Origin: an uncultured Acidobacteriota bacterium
GTDB lineage: Bacteria; Acidobacteriota; Thermoanaerobaculia; UBA5066; Gp7-AA6
NCBI GenBank assembly: GCA_963764715.1
Contig: CAVXTP010000003.1
Coordinates: 32,001-96,000 of the forward strand
DNA length: 64,000 bases
Direction: 5' to 3'
Shown here: positions 20,271-28,900 of the stretch, piece after piece
Layout: each line of letters begins with the position of its first letter
How positions within the stretch are numbered: position 1 is the first letter of the stretch
The notes under the pieces: model-generated
What the model was told of the DNA's origin: nothing
The model's database searches: none
Seen by the model: the letters and a program-made list of their open reading frames with translations, nothing else
Program-made: the position numbers and the translations under genes

Positions 20271-21284
20271 CTAGCTCGGCTCGAGGTCCTCGGGGGACGG
20301 CGTCGTCGCGGGCTCGGGGACCGTCTCCGGCGCGCCCGGCTCGTTCGGTCCGCCCTCCTCCGGGGCCGGGGTCGGCGCCGCTTCGGGGACGGCATGCGCG
20401 CCGGCGCCCGCCGGAGGGATCGGCTGGCCCGGTCGCATCGTCCGCGGCGTCGGACGGGAACCCGGCCGCGGCCGCATCGGCGGCTCGTTCGGAGCGGGAC
20501 CGGTCGACGCCCGGGCGGGGCGCTTGGCCCCCGTGCCCGCGGGGGGAGAGCCGCCGCCGGTGGTCGGTCCCACCTCGCGCGGGGCCTCGGTCTCCTCCGG
20601 GGCCACCTCTTCGCTCGCGACCGGATGGTCGACGGGCACGCGCCGGAAAGCGGGCTCTTCGACGAACGACACGTCGCGATCGAGCGTCACCGTCGCGACG
20701 TCGCGCTCGTAGTTCGTCAGCGAGACGCGATACATCAGCTCGGAATCGATGACGAGCGGATTGCGCTTGGGGTTGCGCATCGACGGGTCGATGCGCAGGG
20801 CCTTCGCGTACTGCTCGACGGCGGCGTCGAGTTTCCCCGTCTGCTCGTAGAGGCGGCCGAGGCGGAAGCGCGACGGCGGGAACCCGGGCTTGCGGGCGAT
20901 CGACTTCTTGTAGGCCGCGATCGCGTCCGACGTCTTGCCCTCGGTCTCGCGGAGGATGCCGAGGTTGTAGTCGGCGATGAAATTCGTCTTGTCGAGCTTC
21001 GCCGCCATCTCGTACTGCTCGGCGGCCTGCTTGGGAAAGTGGCGAAGGGCCAGGAGGTTGCCGAAGTCGTTGCGCAGCGTGGCGTCGTTGGGGTTGGCGT
21101 CGACCTTCTGTTCCATCGAGAGGATCTGGTCGTCGAGCGGGTTCCCCGCCACGAGGTACTTGCGGTAGAAGGGCTCCGCCGCATTCGCGCTCTTCGAAGA
21201 ATCGGCCTGGGCGAAGGCCGGCGCCGCGGCCAGGACCGCGACCGCCCACCCCGCCCACCCGATTCGGACCTGGAAAAGTCTCAT
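20271..21284 (-). CDS. Exported TPR protein with Pro-rich tail
   Basis: ATG 21284 in ATGA overlap, signal peptide (AFA/QAD), TPR repeats (YNLGILRE..G...AIAAYKKSI; FRLGRLYEQTG...AVEQYAKALRIDP). Confidence 0.8.
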   Translation of the reverse strand: MRLFQVRIGWAGWAVAVLAAAPAFAQADSSKSANAAEPFYRKYLVAGNPLDDQILSMEQKVDANPNDATLRNDFGNLLALRHFPKQAAEQYEMAAKLDKTNFIADYNLGILRETEGKTSDAIAAYKKSIARKPGFPPSRFRLGRLYEQTGKLDAAVEQYAKALRIDPSMRNPKRNPLVIDSELMYRVSLTNYERDVATVTLDRDVSFVEEPAFRRVPVDHPVASEEVAPEETEAPREVGPTTGGGSPPAGTGAKRPARASTGPAPNEPPMRPRPGSRPTPRTMRPGQPIPPAGAGAHAVPEAAPTPAPEEGGPNEPGAPETVPEPATTPSPEDLEPS

Positions 21285-21883
21285 GTGCTTCCCCTCGGCT
21301 TCTTCTTTGCGATCAGGCGCACGCGGCCGTCGCGCTCCGCGACCTCGAACACGATCTCGCCCGTCCCCATCCGCTCGCGGACCTTTCGGCGCTCCCGCTC
21401 GAGGCCTTCGAGGAAGCCGTCGAGCCGGTAACCGCTGACGTCCTCGCCCCGGGCCTTCTTGGCGGAAACGTAGCGCTCGAACAGGTCCCGGTCGAGGTCG
21501 GCCGGGGCGGCCCGAGGCTCTTCTTGTACGGACGCCGCCCTCCCGGCGTTGGGGCCGGGCGGGGACGCGACCCCGGCCGCCGCAGCCCCGCGAAAGTGGC
21601 CGTAGAGGCCCGGGCGCCGCCCCGACTCCTTCTCGGCCAGGAGGCGGTCCCAGCGCTCGTTCAGGGCCTGGAAACGGCCCTGGAGCGTCGAAAACCGGTA
21701 TCTCTCCGCGGCGGTCATGGACTCGGAATCGTTGAGCCGCCGGAACATCTCCTCGACGTGCCGGCGGGACTCGGTCGGGGGCTTCGCGGTCGAGCCGTAC
21801 AGGAAGGCGTCGCACTCGGCCGAGAGGCGGCGGAGGGCCTGGTCGAGGACCTGAAGCTCGCGTTCCCAGTTCGCGCTGCTCAT
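21281..21883 (-). CDS. Hypothetical protein resembling the MXAN_5187 C-terminal domain family
   Basis: ATG 21883. YRFSTLQGRF...WDRLL..KESG and LFERYVSAKKARGE...FEVAERDGRVRLIAK recalled as this family's pattern. Confidence 0.6.
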   Translation of the reverse strand: MSSANWERELQVLDQALRRLSAECDAFLYGSTAKPPTESRRHVEEMFRRLNDSESMTAAERYRFSTLQGRFQALNERWDRLLAEKESGRRPGLYGHFRGAAAAGVASPPGPNAGRAASVQEEPRAAPADLDRDLFERYVSAKKARGEDVSGYRLDGFLEGLERERRKVRERMGTGEIVFEVAERDGRVRLIAKKKPRGST

Positions 21884-21937
21884 GCCGTGGCCCCTCCCGT
21901 CGCCCGGATCCGCACCGTCTCCTATAGTAAAGGAACC

Positions 21938-23293
21938 TTGAGCGACGCGGCCGGCCACCGCCCCCACCCTCCCTCGATGGACGCGCTCCTGCGCTCGCCC
22001 GACGCCGGGGAGCCGCTCGCCCGCTACGGGCGCGTCGCCGTGAAGGAGGAGCTCCGGCGGGCCATGGCGGGGGGCGAGGCGCGGGCCGAGGCGCTGTGGG
22101 AGGCCGCGCTCGGGCAGCTCGCCCGGAGGTTCGCGCCGACCCTCGAGCGCGCCGTCAACGCCACGGGCGTCCTCCTCCACACCAACCTGGGACGCGCCCC
22201 CCTGCCGGAGGAGGCGCGCGCGGCGGTCCTCGAGGCGGCCGCCGGTTACTCGACCGTCGAGTACGACCCGGCGCGCGGCGGCCGGGGCCGGCGGCAGGAC
22301 CACGTCCGCGCGGCATCGAAGGACCTCTTCGGCTGCGCCGATGCGATCGCCGTCAACAACAACGCCGCGGCGGTGCTGCTGGCGCTCGCGGCCCTCGCCC
22401 GCGGCCGCTCGGTGCTGGTCTCGCGCGGGGAGCTCGTCGCGATCGGCGGCTCGTTCAAGATCCCCGAGATCCTCGAGGCCTCGGGGGCGAGGCTCGCCGA
22501 GGTCGGGACGACCAACCGGACGACGGCCGACGACTACCGCCGGGCGTTTTCCCCGGACGTGGCCCTGATGCTCTCGGTCCATCCGTCCAACTACGAGATC
22601 CGCGGCTACACGTCGCGCCCGGCCCCGGCCGAGCTCGCCGCGCTCGCCCGGGAATCCGGCGTTCCGTGGCTCCACGACCAGGGCACCGGCTGCGTCGTCC
22701 CGCTCGACGAGTTCGGCGTCCCGGCCGAGCCCACGGTGGCCGAGTGCCTCGACGCCGGAGCGGACCTCGTGACGTTCTCGGGCGACAAGCTCTTCTCCGG
22801 ACCCCAGGCGGGATTCCTCGTCGGGCGCGCGGACCTCGTCCAGCAGGCCGCGCGGCACCCCATCGCGCGCGCCGTCCGGCCGGACAAGCTGACGCTCGCG
22901 GCCCTCGCCGCGACCCTCGCCGCGTGGAAGACGGGGGCGTGGCGCGGGTTTCCGGTGTACCGGGCGGCAGCGGCCCCGGCCTCCGCCCTCGAGGAGCGGG
23001 GCCGGCGGATCCTCCGCGAGGCGCTCCCCGCCGGCGCGGACCTCTCGGGTGAGCTTCTTGCCTCGCGGGCGGTCTTCGGCGGCGGCACCAGCCCGGAAAA
23101 GACCTTCCCCTCGCAGGCGATCGCGCTGGCTCGCCGCGACCTGACGGCGGACGCTCTCGCCGCGCGCCTGCGCGCGCGCAAGCCGCCGATCGTCGCGCGC
23201 GTCGAGGACGGCCGCGTCTGGCTCGACCTGCGCTCGATCGCGCCGGAGGAAGACGCGCTCGTGATCGCGGCTCTCCGGGCCGAAGTGCGATAA
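21938..23293 (+). CDS. selA: L-seryl-tRNA(Sec) selenium transferase
   Basis: VNATGVLLHTNLGRAPL, VNNNAAAVLL, SRGELVAIGGSF, EVGTTNRT, VHPSNY, PLP lysine in FSGDKL. TTG start after AAGGA inferred. Confidence 0.92.
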   Translation: MSDAAGHRPHPPSMDALLRSPDAGEPLARYGRVAVKEELRRAMAGGEARAEALWEAALGQLARRFAPTLERAVNATGVLLHTNLGRAPLPEEARAAVLEAAAGYSTVEYDPARGGRGRRQDHVRAASKDLFGCADAIAVNNNAAAVLLALAALARGRSVLVSRGELVAIGGSFKIPEILEASGARLAEVGTTNRTTADDYRRAFSPDVALMLSVHPSNYEIRGYTSRPAPAELAALARESGVPWLHDQGTGCVVPLDEFGVPAEPTVAECLDAGADLVTFSGDKLFSGPQAGFLVGRADLVQQAARHPIARAVRPDKLTLAALAATLAAWKTGAWRGFPVYRAAAAPASALEERGRRILREALPAGADLSGELLASRAVFGGGTSPEKTFPSQAIALARRDLTADALAARLRARKPPIVARVEDGRVWLDLRSIAPEEDALVIAALRAEVR

Positions 23294-23300
23294 TCGTCCG

Positions 23301-23525
23301 ATGACGCGACGAGCGGTCCGCGCGGCGTGGCCTCTGCCCCTCGTTCTGCTCGCGCTCGCGGCTCACGCCGGCGGCTGCCGGAAGACCTCGAGCGCGGCAC
23401 GCCCCGAGGTCACGCCCGCGGCGGCGCATCCCTGGATCACCCCGCTGATGACGCCGCCGCCGCCGCTCCCGACGCCCACGCTCTGGCGCAAGGACATCAC
23501 CCGGGTCCCGGCCCTGCCGGAGTGA
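23301..23525 (+). CDS. Small Pro-rich putative lipoprotein
   Basis: 74 aa; basic N-terminus, hydrophobic core, AGGC lipobox-like. Fills the gap between selA and the convergent regulator. Confidence 0.5.
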   Translation: MTRRAVRAAWPLPLVLLALAAHAGGCRKTSSAARPEVTPAAAHPWITPLMTPPPPLPTPTLWRKDITRVPALPE

Positions 23526-23526
23526 A

Positions 23527-24885
23527 TCAGGCGTCGGCGAGGCCGTGCTCGCGGAGCTTGGCCTCGAAGCGGCGAGGCGTCAGCCCGGCCGCCGTCGCGG
23601 CCGCCGTGCGGTCCCCCTTGGCCCGGTCGAGCGCGCGCACGAGCCAGGCGCGCTCCGCCGCGGCGGCCGCCCGCTCGCGGGCCTCTTCCAGCGACTCGTC
23701 GCGCACGGCGGGAAGGTACGCCGGCTCCGAGCCGAGGCGCAGGTGGCGCTCCTCGATCGTCCCGCCGTCGGCCAGGATGATCGCCCGCTCGAGGCAGTTG
23801 CGCAGCTCCCGCACGTTGCCCGGCCAGTCGTAGGCGCGGATCCTCGCGCGCGCCGCCTCGGACAGCGTCAGGGCGCGCTTGCCCAGCTCCTGCGGCAGCC
23901 GCTCGAGATACCAGTCCACCAGCGGATCGATGTCGTCGGGCCGCTCGCGCAGCGACGGGATCCGGATCGGGAAGACGCGCACCCGGTAGAAGAGGTCCTC
24001 CCGGAAGAGACCCTGCTGGACGAGCTTTTCGAGCGACCGGTTCGAGGCCGCGATGATCCGGACGTCGACCTCGATCGGAACGGTGCCGCCGACCCGGTGG
24101 AACGACCGCTCCTGGAGCACGCGGAGGAGCTTCCCCTGCGTGGCGGGCGTCAGCTCGCCGATCTCGTCGAGGAAGATCGTGCCGAGGTCGCCGAGCTCGA
24201 ACTTCCCCATCCGCCGCGCCGAGGCCCCCGTGAAGGCGCCCCGCTCGTGGCCGAAGAGCTCGCTTTCCAGCAGCGTCTCCGGAATCGCCGCGCAGTTGAT
24301 CGCGACGAACGCGCCGTTGCGCCGGGTCGAGAGGACGTGGATCGCCCGCGCGAAGAGCTCCTTGCCGGTCCCGCTCTCGCCCTCGAGCAGCACGGTGGCG
24401 TCGGTCGCCGCCACGCGCTCGGCCTCGGCGCGCACCAGCCGAATGGCCGCCGACTCGCCGACGATCGGCGGCATGGCCCGGGAGTGCGCCTCGGCGAAGA
24501 GCAGCGATTCACGCGAGCGCGCGCGCCGCTCGAGCGCCCGGGAGACGAGCAGGCGCAGGAGGTCCGGATCGACCGGCTTGGTCACGAAGTCCTCGGCGCC
24601 GTGCTTCATCGCCTCGACGGCCGTCTCGATCGACCCGTAGGCGGTCATGACGAGGACCGGCAGCGTCGGGTCCTGCGCCACGGCGGCGTCGAGGACCGCG
24701 AGGCCGTCGGCGCCCGGCAGGCGCCAGTCGGTCAGGACGAGGTCGTAGCGCTCGCCGGCCTTGAGCCGTTCGACCGCCTGCGTCCCGGTCGACGCGCAGT
24801 CCACGCGCAGCCCCTCGGCCTTGAGCATCTCCTCGAGCATCGTGCGCAAGGAGTCCTTGTCTTCGACGATGAGGATGCGGGACAT
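23527..24885 (-). CDS. Sigma54-dependent response regulator (NtrC/PilR family)
   Basis: Receiver (LIVED, LTDWRLPG), GESGTGKE, GAFTGA, FLDEIGE, WPGNVREL, Fis-type HTH. Confidence 0.93.
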   Translation of the reverse strand: MSRILIVEDKDSLRTMLEEMLKAEGLRVDCASTGTQAVERLKAGERYDLVLTDWRLPGADGLAVLDAAVAQDPTLPVLVMTAYGSIETAVEAMKHGAEDFVTKPVDPDLLRLLVSRALERRARSRESLLFAEAHSRAMPPIVGESAAIRLVRAEAERVAATDATVLLEGESGTGKELFARAIHVLSTRRNGAFVAINCAAIPETLLESELFGHERGAFTGASARRMGKFELGDLGTIFLDEIGELTPATQGKLLRVLQERSFHRVGGTVPIEVDVRIIAASNRSLEKLVQQGLFREDLFYRVRVFPIRIPSLRERPDDIDPLVDWYLERLPQELGKRALTLSEAARARIRAYDWPGNVRELRNCLERAIILADGGTIEERHLRLGSEPAYLPAVRDESLEEARERAAAAAERAWLVRALDRAKGDRTAAATAAGLTPRRFEAKLREHGLADA

Positions 24886-24903
24886 GTGTTTGGGTTCAGG
24901 TTA

Positions 24904-25010
24904 GCAGACGGTGGGAGAAGGAGGCAGGAGGCGGGAGGCAGTAAGCAGTAAGCGGTAAGCGGTAAGCCAGGCCAACCTACCGCCTGACGTCTGCCTCCTG
25001 ACGGCTTACC
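24904..25010. repeat. Heptamer tandem array (GCRGKAR) with an inverted partial array
   Basis: GCAGGAG GCGGGAG GCAGTAA GCAGTAA GCGGTAA GCGGTAA, followed by CTACCGC...CTGCCTCCTG..GCTTACC on the return arm. Confidence 0.75.
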
Positions 25011-25905
25011 GGTTCGGCGGCTTGGGCTGGTTGTCCGGGCTCGTCGCGCCGGGGATGTATCCGGTCTTGCCGTCGGCCGGCGGCTTCGAGGGGGCGCTGG
25101 CGACGGGGGCCGCGTAGAGCGTGCCCTGTCCGTAGGGCGTCCGGACCGGCGTCGGCACGGCGGCTTTCGCGGCCGCGGCGGCCGCGGCCGTCCCCGGACG
25201 CGGAGTCGGCTCCGGCGGCGGCTTCGGCTGGGTCCACTGCGGGTTGAAACGGATGTTCGACACGTTCTTCGAGCCGACCTTCAGCGAGGCCGTGAAGTCG
25301 ACCGTCTGGCCGGCCCCGATCGAACCCTTCGAGAGCGTCGCCGGGGCGCCGTCGATCGGCTGCCCCTTCTCGTCGAGGGCGGCGACGCTCATCCGGACGT
25401 TCTCGGCCGTGGCCTGACCCGGATTGCGCAGCGACCCCTTCACGGCGAGCGCCTCTCCGACGAGCTCCTGCGTGTAGTCGACGACCTCGACGCGGGCCCC
25501 TCCGGGCCCCGCGGCGGCCTCCTTGCCCTCCTCGGGCGCGGCCGCCGCATCGAGATCGAGCGGGTGCGAGACGTCGGCGTCGGTGATCCGGACCCTGGCC
25601 TTCGGCGCTTCGGACGTCGCGCGGACCGCTTCGGCGGGAGTCGACGCCGGCGCCGACGCGCCGGCCGCCGGGGCGGCCGGCGAGGCCTGGTTGGCCCTTG
25701 CCGTCGCCTCGCGGTCGATCTCCGAGACCGGAACGGACAGGAGCGTTCCGTCGGCTCGCGTCAGGTAGGCGGTGTTGCCCCGACGGACCCAGGCCTGCTT
25801 CAGGGGCACCACGGCGCCGCCCTTGAGGACGACCACGTCCGCCAGGCTGAACGCCGCCGTGGCGCCGAGGAAAGCAGCGATCCAGGCCGCCCGGATCCGT
25901 TTCAC
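25006..25905 (-). CDS. Exported protein with FxLYD-like Ig domain
   Basis: GTG start overlapping the pilY1 stop, signal peptide ([11 protein letters not shown]), VKGSLRNPG...[15 protein letters not shown]. Confidence 0.65.
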   Translation of the reverse strand: MKRIRAAWIAAFLGATAAFSLADVVVLKGGAVVPLKQAWVRRGNTAYLTRADGTLLSVPVSEIDREATARANQASPAAPAAGASAPASTPAEAVRATSEAPKARVRITDADVSHPLDLDAAAAPEEGKEAAAGPGGARVEVVDYTQELVGEALAVKGSLRNPGQATAENVRMSVAALDEKGQPIDGAPATLSKGSIGAGQTVDFTASLKVGSKNVSNIRFNPQWTQPKPPPEPTPRPGTAAAAAAAKAAVPTPVRTPYGQGTLYAAPVASAPSKPPADGKTGYIPGATSPDNQPKPPNR

Positions 25906-28900
25906 TGCTGCTGCTCCTTCCAGTTCTGCTCGATCGTGTGGATCACGTTGGGTGTCACCTGCTGCTCGATGCCGCCGCTCGTCGTGAGCGTCGTGTCGAT
26001 TGTATCGCCGTCCGGCGAGACCGACTGCGACGCGGCGGCCATGCCCTCGCCCAGGTTCTCCTGGTAGTCGGCGTAGCTGCCCGTCGTGCCGTAGTAACCC
26101 TGGCCCGTCTGGTAGAAGAACCGGTAGCGGTACGAGCTGCCGTTCGTCGCGCACGGGGAGACCGAATCCGGGGTGAACGTGATGAGCGACAGGTAGCCCC
26201 GGGTCGAGAAGACCGTCGAGGTCGTCTTCTCGTTGAGCGAACCGTACTCGAGCACGAAGCCGTTGGCGGCGTTGGTGCAGACGCCGGTGTACGGCAGCGG
26301 ACACGGCGTGCCTCCCGGCGGGGTCAGGTCGTGGAGGTCGGCCTTGACGAAGGTCTTCGTGGTCTGTCCCGTGTCGACGACGTAGAAGAAGTCCTGGGGC
26401 TGGGTGTTCGGCCGCGCGAGCTCCGCGCGGTTGCCCGTCCCGAAGGAGATGCCGAGCACGGGCGGGGAGCCCGCGCCGCCCACGTACACCACGCCGGGCT
26501 CGAAGAAGACGGGCCACTTGTTGGTGCACGTCCCGGCCGCCAGCTCACAGCCGTCGAAGAGCATGAACGGCGCGTAGCCATGGGCCTGGCCGGCCGTGAT
26601 CTCGCCGCGCTTCGGGCTCGCCGACGCGTCCGGCGTGAGGTCGACGCGCCACATGTGGCCGTTGACGTCGCCGATGTACGCCGCATCCAGGTACCCGTCG
26701 TCGTTGTAGTCGACGACGGCCGGAGGCGCGGGCATCGGGGCGAAGTCGACCGGGGCGCCGCCGCCGTCGACGCCGCGCGTCGACTTGTAGATGATTCGGC
26801 CGGTCTCCACGTCGATCATGTAGAACGAGCGGCCGCGAATGACGGTGCCCGTCCCGAGCTTGGCGGAGACGTCGTCGCCTGGCGTGAAGCTCGGATCGTA
26901 GCCGCCGCCGAAGATCGCGACGTAACGATCGTCGAAGCCGCTGGCGTCCGCCGTGGGGCTCGACGGGTCGATGACCTTGATCCGGCCGATGACCGGCCGC
27001 GACCAGGTCTCGCCGAGCGGCGCGCCCACGGTGCCGCAGGCATCCGAGCAGGCCGCTCCGACGTCCGCGAACTCCCACATGATCGTGGGGTACTGGCGGC
27101 CGGTGGCCGCCCCCGCCACGCAGGACGTTCCGCCGCCGTCGAGGCACGCCGGCGAGGCATCCTTGTCGCCGACGATCTCGCCGAAGGTCGGCGAGCCCGT
27201 CACCGTGTCGATGTCGTCGGGCTGCGTGACGTCGAGGGCGTAGTAGCCCTGGCCGCCCTGGCGCAGTCCGCCGACGAGGACCGTCCGCCACACGCGCTCG
27301 GTCTCGTCCGGCGTTCCGACGAACGCCGGGTCGATGAAGACGTCGGCCGTGGCCGTCGAGCCGTCCACGAAGTACTGCGGCAGCGGCGGGAAGTTCAACA
27401 GGTTCGGGAACTTCGAATCCATGACGATCCGCGGCGAGTAGGCGAAGATCTCGCGCCCGGTGCCGAGGTCGTGGGTCTGCGCGAAGTTGGCCGTGTCGCG
27501 GCCCCAGACGCCGCCGTCGAAGGCGTGGAGGAAGCCGTCGTTGGCCCCGGCGAAGACGACCTTGCGCCGCTTGGCCTGAAGGGTCGCGAAGTCCAGGTAC
27601 GGCTGGCCGAACGTCGAGGAGCTCGTCCGCGGCGTCAGGTTGGCCGAGAGGTACTGGAAGTAGCGCGGCGGCTCGAGCATCAGCGGCTCGGAGTGGAAGA
27701 TGTCGCCGAGCTTGTGCGCGTAGCCGGCCGGAGGCGTCCCGTCGTCGTCGGTGCGGACCTGCGGCGGATCGCCCGGCGCCGGAGCGTCGTCCTGGTAGAA
27801 GTACGAATACCTCTGTTCGTCTCCCGTCGCCGGGCCGATCGTGCCGATCGTCGGGGGCCGGATCGTCGGGTCGTTCAGAACTTCGTCGCGGCGGCCGAAG
27901 GCCGAGATTCCGCCGCGCAGGAACTGGACCGTCAGCGTCGCGAGCTTCCGGTCGGCGGCCGACGCGGGGTCGAGCCCCATGGCCGTGATGAGACTGTCGA
28001 AGCAGCCGCCGGTGCAGTTCCCGGTATTCGGCATCAGGTCGGCGCGCGTCAGCGGGACCCCGGCGGTCGTGCCCGCCCAGATCATCTTGCGTCCCGGCCA
28101 CACGGAGATCGCCGGGGCGCGGCTCGAGGGCGCGGCCGCCACGGACGCGGCGCCGGCCGCCAGGTCCGACCGGGGATCCGTGTACCCGAGGACTCGTCCC
28201 GCGCTCCATACCGGCTTCCGGAGGGCCGGATTGGCGTTGTTCGGGTCGGTCTCGTCGGCGTAGTCGTTGGCGACCACGGCCGGCGTGGGCGTCGGCGTGG
28301 CGGCCGACGGGGTGTTCGTCGGGCCCGCCGACGTCGGCGTGACCGTCGCGGCCGCGGCCGTCACTACGGGAATCAGGCCGTTGGAATCGAGCTGGTAGCT
28401 CTTGATCGAGCCGTTCCAGATCGACCAGCTCGAGAGATCGCCGTTCGTGTTGAGGTGGCTCGGGACGACCGATCCGACCTGGGCCGTATCGCCGAAGCCG
28501 CCGGCGAAGGCCGGGACCGACGGCGACGCGAAGTAGTTGGCGGTGCGCTTGAAGTCGAGCAGCGATTCGAGGACCGACAGGAGCGCCGTGCGATCGCTGA
28601 CCGCGAAGAGCTTGCCGCCGCTGTTGGTCGCGATGCAGTTGAGCGCCGGGAAGAACGCCGGGTTGGTGTTCAGGCCGACGACGTAAACCGGGATGCCGTT
28701 GACGCGGACGCTCGGGTCGAGGGCCGCGGCCGCGGCCCGCCGCCCCGGAGCGCTCTCCGGAAGGGGAACCACCCCGAGGTCTCCGGCGGCGCCGTTGCCG
28801 GACGTTCCGCCGACGCACGGGTCGGAACCCGCCTCGTCGTGGCCGTCGGTGATGAACACGATGATGTAGTTGCGGCAGTCGATCGCCGGATCCGGGGCGC

